Positions 39,312 through 52,423 are shown, counted from the first letter of the stretch. The stretch: DNA of 64,000 bases from Octopus bimaculoides (GCF_001194135.2 NC_068995.1:44098669-44162668); one strand, 5' to 3'. Translations and numbers: made by a program. Notes: generated by a model from the sequence alone, not told the origin.

Positions 39312-39450
39312 GACGGGTTTCTTTTCAGTTTCCGTCTACCAAATCCGCTCACAAAGCTTTGGTCGCCCCGAGACTATAGTAGAAGACACTTGCCCAAGGT
39401 GCTATACACAGTGGGACTGAACCCGGAACCATGTGGTTCATAAGCAAGCT
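39305..39450 (-). mobile_element. SINE family A, 5' half
   Basis: cagtttccgtctaccaaatcc...agaagacacttgcccaaggtg...gggactgaacccggaaccatgtgg. Confidence 0.85.
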
Positions 39451-40900
39451 ATATATATATATATATATATATATACAGAGAGAGAGAGAGAGATGTATAT
39501 TGTGGGGTGTATAGTTGCTTTTGAATGTAAGACAAATAAAACACCATTACATTGCTTTACGCGGAGTGTGTGTGCCTAGGAAGAATTAGTTCTATTTATA
39601 TTTATTTCAATTATTCATTTAACGAACAATTTGGTTAACGAACAGAGCTCCGAAATGGATTATGTTCGTATATAGAGACTCCACTGCTTCTAGATTATGC
39701 AGTATATAATTTCTTTAATAAGTGTACTTAATGCAGTCCTGTTTACTTGCGTTTAAAACACATCACATTATTATGAAGTTAACCTGTATAACAAAGCAAG
39801 TTTATAACTTTTACTAACAACTATACAACTTGGCTATTTCGCTTCATAACTGCTCTTTATTTAGCAATTTCAACACCAACGAAACTATCAATATATCGCA
39901 TTATTCATCCACTTTCATGTAGTTATATGTAAAAGTTATTCTCAAACCAGATTACACCATTGAATCAATCGCTACACATACACACATATACATGCAAATA
40001 TTCGAATGTTCGACTGCGTTCTGTAATTATAATACTGAATCCTCGTGTTGTTTGATCCAGTCTCTGTAGTCAACAACTGGCATATGTTTTCTTTCAGTTC
40101 CGGTTTTAACAAGCTTTGTTTGTTTGTTGTTGTTTTTTTACTTTTCTTTCGTGTATTTCTCGGTTCTATTTTCTTTGTTACATTACAGTGGTGCTTCATT
40201 GTTGCTGTTTCTAGTGTTGGAATTATAAAACGCGTTAAGTAAACCATCAAATTATATCAGGAAACACAAAAAATAGAGAGACATGTCCGTTTCTCTAACA
40301 AAAAATTCGTACTTGTATTTTTTCGGTTGAATTTTGAGGTGAAACAGAATTGATAATAATATTAACCTTATCGATAATCCTGAGATTTGTATTTGAATAA
40401 AGAATGGTAATTAACCAATTCAACGCATTTTTTATCTTTATAGCCACAGCAAGTATTTACTATCTAATTGTAATATTAACAACTATTTCTGTTTTTACTT
40501 ATTTTTCTACCTTATGTTTAATACATACAAACGAATATTAGTTCTTATGCAAACACTAGTCCATTTTACGAATATCTTATTCTCTCTTTACTCCATTGTT
40601 ACCTCTATAACACTTGTTTACATTAAGAATCCACTAGCTCTTTATACACTATCTGCTCTAGTATTCTCATGTATAATTTTTTTTTAAATATACACCACAC
40701 TAAGTATTGTTTCTAACTATCAACTCATATCTTAATTCAAATATAGCCATGCTTTTCCATTAACACATTTCTATACAATCTTTTCCCTACACGACTTATT
40801 TGGAGTTAGAATCTCTAATCTCCTTACTCATCTACAGTTAGTCTCGGTTAATACATACATCGATATATATATATATACATATATATACATACATATATAT

Positions 40901-40938
<38 letters not shown>

Positions 40939-41569
40939 NNNNNNNNNNNNNNNNNNNNNNNNNNNNNNNNNNNNNNNNNNNNNNNNNNNNNNNNNNNNNN
41001 NNNNNNNNNNNNNNNNNNNNNNNNNNNNNNNNNNNNNNNNNNNNNNNNNNNNNNNNNNNNNNNNNNNNNNNNNNNNNNNNNNNNNNNNNNNNNNNNNNNN
41101 NNNNNNNNNNNNNNNNNNNNNNNNNNNNNNNNNNNNNNNNNNNNNNNNNNNNNNNNNNNNNNNNNNNNNNNNNNNNNNNNNNNNNNNNNNNNNNNNNNNN
41201 NNNNNNNNNNNNNNNNNNNNNNNNNNNNNNNNNNNNNNNNNNNNNNNNNNNNNNNNNNNNNNNNNNNNNNNNNNNNNNNNNNNNNNNNNNNNNNNNNNNN
41301 NNNNNNNNNNNNNNNNNNNNNNNNNNNNNNNNNNNNNNNNNNNNNNNNNNNNNNNNNNNNNNNNNNNNNNNNNNNNNNNNNNNNNNNNNNNNNNNNNNNN
41401 NNNNNNNNNNNNNNNNNNNNNNNNNNNNNNNNNNNNNNNNNNNNNNNNNNNNNNNNNNNNNNNNNNNNNNNNNNNNNNNNNNNNNNNNNNNNNNNNNNNN
41501 NNNNNNNNNNNNNNNNNNNNNNNNNNNNNNNNNNNNNNNNNNNNNNNNNNNNNNNNNNNNNNNNNNNNN

Positions 41570-41615
<46 letters not shown>

Positions 41616-42105
41616 GTATGTATGCATGTATGTGTGTGTATGTATTAGCCTTTATTTGGCAGAGTCTTTTGTCTGTTTCGTTTGGTTAAATGTAATTAAT
41701 ACTCACCATCAAGAGAAGTAGTAACGCCGAAATCGAAGCGAGATTATACACATGTCCGCAGAAAACTGAATGCGTCAAGTGGGGTGGTCTTATCATAGGC
41801 TGAAGATACCCGCCACTGGTATCATGTAAACCAATACTACCTGTTCCATGGTTGAGTGGTCGGTGATTAAACCAGCACCTCCCACTTGTATAGTTTGCTA
41901 TTCTTGTGAGGAGGGTACCTGGACACCTAGCAGGACTAAACCTGATGAGCTCCTTGTGGGCCAAAGCTATCCAGTTGGGCGAGGCAATGTCAAACTACCG
42001 CAATATCTTTGCCAAAACAAACACCAAGAACTCACGCTTAATTGGGAAGAGTTTTGGTGTAGTGTCGTCAACGTGCTGTAAAAGCGTACGATCCATGACG
42101 ACGAA

Positions 42106-42138
<33 letters not shown>

Positions 42139-42703
42139 CGACTAATTTAATTAGATAAAGTCGCCAAAGTTTAATAGGGAACAAATGAAAAGTGTTCGGC
42201 GTAAATGTTTGCTGTGTCTAAAATAATATTCAGCCAGGATCAACGACTTTGATGTCGTGTGTGAGGTAGAAAGCAATCAGCCAAAAGGATCGCTTCAAAC
42301 AGCTGTAACACTCATTTACACTTTGTGGTCTTGTACCTAGGAGAATTATCATTATTGTATTATATCTCTTAGGAGTTTTCCGTTGTCTTTAGATCTTAAG
42401 AATCTAATTGGTATTCTGATTAGAAAATAAATGGTAGACAGATATACATATAGCTCCAGGTAAATTGTAATGCCACCTTTTACATGGAATGGCATTATCC
42501 CTGCTGCTCAGCTAAATGAATTTGTAATCCTATTCAATATAATTGACTGGATAGCTAACATTTCTTTGAAGAGATTTTCCTGTTAGTTCAAATAATAGAG
42601 ATTGTTTTCTATGTTTCCTTTTTACGTGAACTTGCTTTCATTAATGAGTGGAGTATAACTAGCTCACATTCGTTCGTACTGAATAATAACATTTGCCAGT
42701 AGC

Positions 42704-42757
<54 letters not shown>

Positions 42758-42964
42758 TTTAGGATCTGGCTTAAAGAATTACCTATTGTAATTTGCAACA
42801 CACAAATAGAACATGAGAACCAATGCAGTATGACTAGCAGCACATTTCGATAATTGTGTACGCTATTCATTACTATACTCTTAGAATAGTGGTTGGCCTT
42901 AGGTACACCATGAAGCATTCATTTAATTATTTTTATAAAATACACCATAATGTAAGCACATTAT

Positions 42965-42975
42965 TATTTCTAACA

Positions 42976-43039
<64 letters not shown>

Positions 43040-43087
43040 CATCATCATCATCATTATTATTATTACTATTATTATTATTATTATTAT

Positions 43088-43142
<55 letters not shown>

Positions 43143-43175
43143 TTTAATATTACTATCATCATTATTATTATTAAG
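42965..43175. repeat. (ATT)n/(AGT)n microsatellite
   Basis: Visible directly in the sequence. Confidence 0.97.
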
Positions 43176-43233
43176 GCGACGAGCTGACAGCATCGCTAGA
43201 ACGCCGGGCGAAATGCTTAGCGGTAGAGAAAGG

Positions 43234-43266
<33 letters not shown>

Positions 43267-43351
43267 CAGTTCTATATTTAAGAGATGAGGAATTATGTAC
43301 ATTATTTACATTATTTACATTTGACGGATATTTGTGCTCATCTTGTTTCTT

Positions 43352-43397
43352 AACACAACGTTTCGGCTGATATACCCTCCAGCCTTCATCAGGTGTT
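43352..43397 (-). ncRNA. Minimal type I hammerhead ribozyme motif (Penelope-type)
   Basis: Minus strand: aacac-CTGATGA-a-ggctg gagggtatat cagcc-GAAAC-GTT-gtgtt. Stem I (5 bp) and stem II (5 bp) are perfect; helix III is reduced to the palindrome ACGT. Confidence 0.8.
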
Positions 43398-43411
43398 TTG
43401 GGGAAATTTCG

Positions 43412-43488
<77 letters not shown>

Positions 43489-43801
43489 NNNNNNNNNNNN
43501 NNNNNNNNNNNNNNNNNNNNNNNNNNNNNNNNNNNNNNNNNNNNNNNNNNNNNNNNNNNNNNNNNNNNNNNNNNNNNNNNNNNNNNNNNNNNNNNNNNNN
43601 NNNNNNNNNNNNNNNNNNNNNNNNNNNNNNNNNNNNNNNNNNNNNNNNNNNNNNNNNNNNNNNNNNNNNNNNNNNNNNNNNNNNNNNNNNNNNNNNNNNN
43701 NNNNNNNNNNNNNNNNNNNNNNNNNNNNNNNNNNNNNNNNNNNNNNNNNNNNNNNNNNNNNNNNNNNNNNNNNNNNNNNNNNNNNNNNNNNNNNNNNNNN
43801 N

Positions 43802-43871
<70 letters not shown>

Positions 43872-43874
<3 letters not shown>

Positions 43875-44370
43875 GTGTCTGACGATATATACATGTCTTG
43901 GTGTAAAAGATGGGCTACAGCTAATATTCTGTTCAATACCACAGATTTACTTGTTAATTGCTTGACCATAACTAGTTGAGCATGTCCCTTAGTGGCTGGT
44001 GATATGTGCATCTCTGAACACGAGCAGAAGCAGTGCAGGAGCATCATAGCTACGTGCCGAGAGGAATTCTTTGGGATTTGAATAATTCACTTCTGGAAAC
44101 ATGGGTGTTTTATTCATCATCTTTAAACAACCCTTATTCAGAGATCTTTTGAGCGGGATGGGCTACTCAACCTGAGGAAAATTCTAACTGGCCCCCACTT
44201 GCAACGTCATGCACTGTTTATCTTGATATGAAGTCACCATGTCGCGCACATATGGTTGTGATGTATGTACCCGGTGTACCCTTATAAGACGGGTAGTCAT
44301 GATGGGTGTATTGGGCTTCGTATATTTCTACCCCAGTGTCACTTTGATGGCATGAATTGCTCTCTCACTC
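43872..44370 (-). mobile_element. Third copy of the 550-bp microsatellite-embedded element
   Basis: Reverse complement of 36308-36800; its start abuts (AAT)n at 44371. Confidence 0.85.
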
Positions 44371-44399
44371 AATAATAATGACAATAATAATGATAATGA

Positions 44400-44600
44400 T
44401 AATGGTGTCGAATTTTGGCTCAAGACCAGCAATTTCGGGGGAGGGACTAAGTCGATTGCATCAAACCCCAGTATTCAACTGGTACTTATTTTATCCACTC
44501 CGAAAGGATGAAAGGCAAAGTTAACCTCAGCGGAATTTGAACTCAGAACGTAAACATGGACGAAATATGCTAAGCATTTTTCCCAGCGTATTAACGATTT
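44400..44600 (-). mobile_element. SINE family B
   Basis: gaaaggatgaaaggcaaagttaacctcagcggaatttgaactcagaacgtaaac. Confidence 0.85.
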
Positions 44601-44939
44601 TGTGGCAGCTATTATTAATATCTGACTAATCATTTTTTCTCTTCTTTTTTTTTTTGGCGATTATTACATAAAATGTCTAACATATGGATATATTTTAACA
44701 AGGATTCAGCGTGACAAATCTCTCAGGTAATATTTAAATTATCTAACACTCTAGGTTTTGGAGAACTATGTGACTTTTTTTCCCAGTACACAATTACTTA
44801 AAAAAATATATTGCCTAAACACAATCTAATTATGTTTCTAAAATTGTTAAATTTGAAATCCTCACGATGTACAAGATTCATTTCATTTGATTAAATATTA
44901 TTTTAATATATGATATTTATTACATATTTATTACATATT

Positions 44940-44988
<49 letters not shown>

Positions 44989-45377
44989 TCTATCTCTCTC
45001 TCTCTCTCTTTGTCTTTCTTTCTCTCTGGTTTTATAAGTTTCCTTTGTATTTACTAAGTTATCAATATCGCTTGTGTTTCACCTAATTAATTTCCGTTGT
45101 TTAATATTTTCTTGTATTCTTGTACTTCGCCATTCTTCTGACAAAAATTCCAGGTCTTGTACAAGAGTGCATATTCTTTAGATCTATATTTTGTTACAGC
45201 ATTCAGTTTTGCATTGTTTATTTTGATCTTAAAATGCTACTTCAAATCAACTTCGATATCTTCTATAAAGTCTGTTATCTGGAACATTTCGAAAACTAGA
45301 TCCAATTGATATGTTTGATTACCAATACTTTCACTCATGTAAATTACTTTTTGACCCTTAATATTATTCTAGTAATA

Positions 45378-45822
45378 AAGGCGAGATATTGGCAGAATCG
45401 GTAGCACGCTGGGGGGAAATGTTTAGCGGCATTTCATCCGTCTTTACGTTCAGAATTCAAGTTCCACTAAAGTCGATTTTAAATTTCATCCTTTTGGAGT
45501 CGATAAAATAAGTACCAGTTGGACACTGGGGTAGATTTAATCCAATAACTCTCCCCCGAAATTGCTGGCTCTGTGCAAAAATTTGAAACCAATAGTATTC
45601 TACTAATGGAAGTGGAAAGATGGCAGAATCGTTACCGAGCCGGGCAAAATACTTACCGGTATTTCTTCCGACTTAATGTTCTGAGCTCAAATGTCACTGA
45701 GGTCGACTTTGCCTTTTATCCCTTTCGAGGTCGATAAAATAGGTACTAACTGAACTAGGAATTGATGTAATTGACTTACCCGCTCCTACGAAATTGATAG
45801 CCTTGTACCAAAATTTGAAACC
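45378..45822 (+). mobile_element. Two tandem SINE family B copies
   Basis: Two heads (ggcagaatcg at about 45391 and 45623) and two aaatttgaaacc tails, separated by a repeated 18-bp flank. Confidence 0.88.
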
Positions 45823-45861
45823 AATATTATTCTAGCAATACCTGGCCAAAATAAATCAATA

Positions 45862-46047
45862 GGCACAGGTGTGGCTGTGGTAAGTAGCTTGCTTACCAAC
45901 CACATGGTTCTGGGTTCAGTCCCACTGCGTGGCACCTTGGGCAAGTGCCTTCTGCTAAAACCTCAGGTCGACCTTGGCCTTGTGAGTGGATTTGGTAGAC
46001 GGAAACTGAAAGAAGCTTGTTGTATATGTGTGTATGTGTGTGTGTGT

Positions 46048-46138
<91 letters not shown>

Positions 46139-46325
46139 TTTGTCACCACCACCACCATCGCTTGACAACCAACGCTGGTGTGTTTACGCCCCCGTAACTC
46201 AATGGTTCGGCAAAAGAGACCGATAGAATAAGTTTCTTAGGCTTACAAAGAATAAGTTCTGGGGTCGATTTGTTCGACTAAAGGCGATGCTCTAGCATGG
46301 CCACAGTCAAATGACCGAAAGAAAT
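45862..46325 (+). mobile_element. Near full-length SINE family A with long internal (GT)n
   Basis: aggcacaggtgtggctgtggtaagtagcttgc...ggttcagtcccactgcgtggcaccttgggcaagtg (B-box plus CORE-like)...cagcatggccacagtcaaatgac-type 3' end. Confidence 0.9.
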
Positions 46326-46939
46326 TTTAAAAAATAGTTAATACGAAATTTATGAACGGGAAGTTGTATAAGTAAAATCAAAGTGAGATGAATCCGAGAA
46401 ATCTATCTTCCTATTTCCCGCTCACCATCAATATCTTGCAAAAGACGTATTTTCATTTTCCTTCTCTTACAAAACTGAAAGTCAATGTTTGTCACGGAGA
46501 TCAAGCATTTATTTAAAAGGCTTCTATCTAATCTTATATTTTCCAAGTTCTGTATCAATTTTTGCTCTACCTTACTTCTCTCACAGAATTTCAAATACTA
46601 CAAGTCCAATTACAAAAACTTCCACTAATGACATTCCTACACTGTATCCTTTGTTCATTCTCTCTCTCTCTCTCACTCTCTCTCTCTCCTACGTATTGAC
46701 AATGATTTCTACCGCAATCATTCTGTTTACCATCCATATTTGAAATTTTGGCATCATATTTCTTTGCTAAAGCAGAATCACAACAAATGAGACAAGGGTT
46801 CTATTTCCTCAATGTAGTATCAAGAGACTGTTTTTGTCTTGTTTTGTTTTCGTCGTTCTTCTTTTTTAACATTTCTTGTCAAGTTTTGGCTGGTAGTGAT
46901 TGAAGGGTATTACTATGTTTGTATGTATATAATGTGTGC

Positions 46940-46978
<39 letters not shown>

Positions 46979-48385
46979 TAACGGTTGCTACATCCTCTGG
47001 GAAAATTNNNNNNNNNNNNNNNNNNNNNNNNNNNNNNNNNNNNNNNNNNNNNNNNNNNNNNNNNNNNNNNNNNNNNNNNNNNNNNNNNNNNNNNNNNNNN
47101 NNNNNNNNNNNNNNNNNNNNNNNNNNNNNNNNNNNNNNNNNNNNNNNNNTACGACGGCTTCTTTTCTGTTTTCAGAGGCTATAGTAGAAGACATTTGCCC
47201 AAGGTGCCACGCAGTGGGACTAAACCCGGAACCATGTGGTTGGTAAGCAAGCTACTTACCACACAGCCATTCTTGCGCCTCGGTATCTTTTTATCAGATC
47301 TCGTATTAACAAGGATTTTCAACAGCTATAAAGTATATTTTTAAAACATCGACGTCGAACTTAAATATCCTTGTAGCCAACGCGTCACAGAACGCCATTT
47401 CGTAACTACTGCTGTAAACCGTCAACTATAGCCATTCCTTTGACGAAAGAGTATTTATCCGGTTTTTGCTTCAAGCAGCAGAATGCTAAAAGGTTTTGAG
47501 CTACAGGTGGTTACTACGATTCGAGTTATATTAATCCCATGCTGACATTTATATGTCTGTTGAATTGGCAAAAGAAACATTTGCGAGTGAAGAAGAAAAT
47601 ATTCGAAAAACCTAAAATAACAATCATAACACTTATAAGCCAACGTTGTGTCGTGACTCGACCTACTAAAATTAGCAGCTAAATCTTCTCTCCAATCACA
47701 TCCTTCACCCTCAAGAAGAGAAGAATAAATACATTGGCGCAAAAGTCCTTGGTGAACTATATTTGAAAATATGTCAGTATGTTCATAGATGGACGCATCA
47801 CTTTTGATTATGTGACTGATATATCAGAGCTGGCCTGGGGTGGGGGCGGGGTGGGGGTGGCTAAACAGTAACAACAACAACAGCAACAGTGACAATGACA
47901 ACAATTACAACACTATTACGATCACAATGATTGCCAAGGTAACACAATTGAATGTTAGAGTTCCGGCAGATATAGATGTGGATGTTAGTTGAACTTAGTC
48001 TTAATGTCTTCTGTAGACTTCCTACACAAAACTGCAGCTTTTGTTGTTGTTGTTGTTTTCTTTTTTTCTACTGGACTAATATAAGTGGAAAACGAATGGA
48101 CAGCAATATTTGCTTGTCTTTTTACAACCAGGTTTAAATAAAGAATCATTTATTGTGGATTGTTACCCAATTGTCTGCAGAATTTGATTCATGAATATTC
48201 ATGTCTTATGTCGCCATAAATCAACACGCACGCGTGATGGCGCACAGGGACGCATACAAACAACATGTGCGCGCGAGAACTAAGACACACAGAGACGCGC
48301 TCATACACAAACATACATAGATATATATATTCATATATACATATACGCACACAAAATTACAAATATATATATCATTATTATTATT

Positions 48386-48438
<53 letters not shown>

Positions 48439-49513
48439 CATTATTATCATTATTATTAATATTTAGCAGAAGTAACAGTATGTGTGTGTATATATATATA
48501 TATATATATNNNNNNNNNNNNNNNNNNNNNNNNNNNNNNNNNNNNNNNNNNNNNNNNNNNNNNNNNNNNNNNNNNNNNNNNNNNNNNNNNNNNNNNNNNN
48601 NNNNNNNNNNNNNNNNNNNNNNNNNNNNNNNNNNNNNNNNNNNNNNNNNNNNNNNNNNNNNNNNNNNNNNNNNNNNNNNNNNNNNNNNNNNNNNNNNNNN
48701 NNNNNNNNNNNNNNNNNNNNNNNNNNNNNNNNNNNNNNNNNNNNNNNNNNNNNNNNNNNNNNNNNNNNNNNNNNNNNNNNNNNNNNNNNNNNNNNNNNNN
48801 NNNNNNNNNNNNNNNNNNNNNNNNNNNNNNNNNNNNNNNNNNNNNNNNNNNNNNNNNNNNNNNNNNNNNNNNNNNNNNNNNNNNNNNNNNNNNNNNNNNN
48901 NNNNNNNNNNNNNNNNNNNNNNNNNNNNNNNNNNNNNNNNNNNNNNNNNNNNNNNNNNNNNNNNNNNNNNNNNNNNNNNNNNNNNNNNNNNNNNNNNNNN
49001 NNNNNNNNNNNNNNNNNNNNNNNTATATATATATATATCCATGTATATATTGTGTTGAAAAGCTTTATGTGCGAGTGCATATATCGATATAGTTTAGAAA
49101 TTGTTTGTCTTCTATCTTATAGAAAACACTTCCTTCATATTGTAATTCGTTTTTATATTTGTACGTTCACTCTGGAATCTTACTTCCGCATCTCAATGTG
49201 ATTCAGCATATGCATAACAGCAATAGGTTGTATTGTAGTTATTTGTTTTGTTTGAAGTTTATCTGTGATGGATTCAGTGTTTTTGGTTAGTTTGCTTTGA
49301 GGTTTTTTTTTTTTTGTTTTTTTTTTTTAGTTTTTGTTTCATTCCCTTTCTTGTTGTGCATGAACATGTTATTCTTGTACTTTTTAGGTGGTAGCAGTTA
49401 TAGAAACGTATTTTGGTTGGTTCCTATTAACTTGATATAATACAATGCTTTTTGTGTATGTATCTACACGTTTTGCAACACGCCGAGATGCCCAACGCAC
49501 ATATATATGCATT

Positions 49514-49558
<45 letters not shown>

Positions 49559-49827
49559 NNNNNNNNNNNNNNNNNNGCGCGCGCGTGTGTGTGTGTGTGT
49601 GCGTGTGTGTGTGTGTGTGTGTCTGTGCGTGTGTGTGTGCATGCACCTTAGCAAAAGGACCGCAGTTTTCTGCTGGGATATGTCTTTTTTTTGTAGAAAA
49701 CCGCTGGAAATGTGCCTTTCTGCTAACACATACATATACAATAATCCCACAACTATCACGAGTGCTTCGTTCCAAAACCCCACCCGATAGGAGCAAATCC
49801 TCGAAGTAGAAACAGTACTTTACAGTA

Positions 49828-50200
49828 TATTTATTATCTCCGCCTTAGCGAAGGTGAACGTATTCTTTTCAGTCGTGCTTGTTTGTTTGTCCATGGACAA
49901 GATATCTCAAGAACCGCTAGATAGATTCGGATGAAACTTTTATGGATATTTGACCTCATGACTGACACGAGCTGATTAGATTTTGGGACCTATCCGGTAC
50001 ACACAAGGATTCTGGATTATTTTTTCCGGATATTTAACTTAATTTTTTGAGAGCGGTCGGGTTCATTTTTAGTATTCTCGTTCGTGCAAGCAGTCGAGTT
50101 TATTTCAGATAGTCTCATTTTGAAAATCATCTCAGGGTAATCGTTGAGAGAACGTTGGTGTTGCCTTGGCGGAGGTTTGCGCTCTCTGAGTGCTCTTGTT
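49828..50200 (+). mobile_element. Helentron-associated (HINE/DINE-like) non-autonomous element
   Basis: Subterminal IR ctccgcc (49838-49844) / ggcggag (50168-50174), 3' hairpin gcgctc-tct-gagtgc, T-rich boundaries and an internal gttt repeat. Confidence 0.6.
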
Positions 50201-50283
50201 TGTATTATTTTTATAATTTGTATGTATCTATTTTATTATAAATGCAAAACAACACCACGGAGGAATAGACGTAAGCTTAAATA

Positions 50284-50340
50284 ATAAACCGCGATAGGCG
50301 AACCGCGATAGGCGAACCGCGATAAGGCGAGGGATTATTG
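50284..50340 (-). mobile_element. Terminus of a Tigger/pogo-like MITE
   Basis: Minus strand: caataatccctcgccttatcgcggttcgcctatcgcggttcgcctatcgcggtt, TIR-like with three subterminal repeats. Confidence 0.55.
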
Positions 50341-50364
50341 CATATATATATATATATTTTTTAT

Positions 50365-50740
50365 CTTTTACTTTTTTCAGTCATGTGACTGCAGCCATGC
50401 AGGGGCACTGCCTTGAAGGGTTTTAGTCGAACAAATCGAACCCAAGGAATTATCTTTTTAACCTACTGCTTATTTTATCCGTTACTTTAGCGGGACCGCT
50501 AAGATATGGGGACACAAACACACCAACACCGGTTGTCAAGCGGCAGTGGAGTCAAACACAGACTCAAAGATACACACAAACATAGACATATACATTTATA
50601 TATACACGACGGACTTCATTCAGTTTCCTTCTACTAAATCCACTCTCAAGGCCTTCGTCGACACATGCCCAAGGTACCACGTAGTGGAACTGAACCCGGA
50701 ATCATGTGGTTGGGAAGCCAGCTTCTTACCACACAGTCAC
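50365..50740 (-). mobile_element. SINE family A
   Basis: cagtcatgtgactgcagccatgc...ggaactgaacccggaatcatgtggttggg...ttaccacacagtcac. Confidence 0.82.
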
Positions 50741-51603
50741 ACTCATATATATGATATATAAACATACTCACACACATACATATATGTATATAAATAATAT
50801 TTTGTCTTTTTTTGTAAATCTCTTAAGATATCTCCTATGTAATTTAGTCATGATAAATAGACATAACGTAAAAAATTTCATGCTTGTATCTCAAATAGGA
50901 ATTTGTAATTACTTATTTTGAATAGAAATAATTGAATGGAGGCGGTTAGGAGCGAAAGCGAGAGAGAATGAGAAAGATAGATAGTGTGAGAGAGAGAGGG
51001 GGAGGGAGAGCGCGTTGCAAGGAGACAAAGTGAAAGTGACAGAGAGTGCTGCGTGAAGGAGACAAAATATTAAATGAAATGACAGGACAAGGGTTATGAA
51101 CACCGTTTGTGAGATAAGGAAAGACAGAAAGGGATAGAAAGAGAGAGAGAGAGAAGAGAGACGAAAAACAAACATCAATATAGTACCTAACAATATGCGC
51201 AAATTCAATTTATACAGAAAATCATCCAAGGCTTTCATTATTGGAAAGATCAAGGTTAACACATTTGCTTATAACTTGAAACCTCTAAGTAATTTTGATA
51301 TGATAAATACAGGCAAAAAATGTTCTTTTCACAAAGTATCTCATGGAAAAACTTCGTAATCTCTCATTGTTAATGAAAAAAATTGAATAGAGTAGTAGAG
51401 AGAGGTGGGGATGTATGACGCAGTGAATAAAAATGAGCTTTGTGATTGAATCTTCAATAATAAAAGACGTTGGAGGCCTCATTTTGATAAAAGAATATAA
51501 TTAAAATTGGTATTTTCTAGACATCAGACTTTAATAATTGCTTTCTTTTAGTAAAAGTTACATGATTCCAGCTAATTAAGAAGCAGTTTTCTTTACTATA
51601 GAA

Positions 51604-52020
51604 CCGATGGGGTCAAGTCCCTTTGGCCTGCTGGCCATTAGGTACATGGACCAACTGGAGCAAACGGTGCTTAGCACCTGCTCCTCATGAGTCTTTTTCT
51701 TCAGATACGTTGACGATTCCTGATGCACACCGGAGATTCAACAATGCCGACAAACATAACATTCGAAGTTGAACACCCGAACTTGTTCGGAACACTCTCT
51801 CTCCTTAATTTCTAATTCAGGATTACAGAGGAAGATTCCATCTATTCTAATTTTTACAAGACAGCTGTCAGTAGTAACTTGTTTATGCACTACGAGCCAG
51901 CCTTACCCAGCAGAGACAAAGCCGCATACGTAGGAAACGAAATCGCACGGATAAGTAACAGGTGTAGTGATGCAGCTGACAAAGCTACCAACATCAAGCG
52001 GTACCACAAGATCTTAAAGT
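51604..52020 (+). mobile_element. Penelope-like element reverse transcriptase fragment
   Basis: MGSSPFGLLAIRYMDQLEQ...FFRYVDDS...ITFEVEHP...LSLLNF...FYKTAVSSNLFMHYEPALP...NEIARISNRCS. The YVDD catalytic motif and the thumb region are typical of PLE RTs; in-frame stops are present. Confidence 0.8.
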
Positions 52021-52226
52021 GACCCTCAGGCATCAGTCTGCCGACTGGTGTCGTGGTCTGAACTTGTGCTGCCACGTGGTGTATCTTTGTTTCGCAGTGT
52101 TTCTCCCCTCTTCGTCGATTTTTGGGATGACTGAACCGAAGGAGCAGCGTGCTTCCGTGAAATTCTGTTATCTGTTGGAGAAAACCGCGGCTGAGACAGT
52201 TGTCATGCTTCAAATAGCATACAAGA
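52021..52226 (+). mobile_element. Mariner 5' fragment
   Basis: MTEPKEQRASVKFCYLLEKTAAETVVMLQIAYK matches the mariner N-terminal HTH (EQR..IKFC..LGK.ATET..ML..AY). Confidence 0.8.
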
Positions 52227-52423
52227 TACCGCCGGATTGAATGGTACTGCCCAGGTATCGAAACCATAGTGATATCCGTGTGGCAGCTGATGATGGAAGT
52301 AATATGGATTGTTGATGTGGCTGGTATTGTATGTACGGGAAAGTTTTATGAGACATCTACTTGATATCTATATGTGCATATGTATATGTGTTTTGATACA
52401 TACATATATATACGTATACATGT

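Noticed and set aside
41935-41980. CTGATGA-gctc cttgt gggc-CAAA-gcta hammerhead candidate in a GC-richer LINE 5'-like segment (41720-42090)
   Set aside because: G12 is C and no stem I pairs next to the core.
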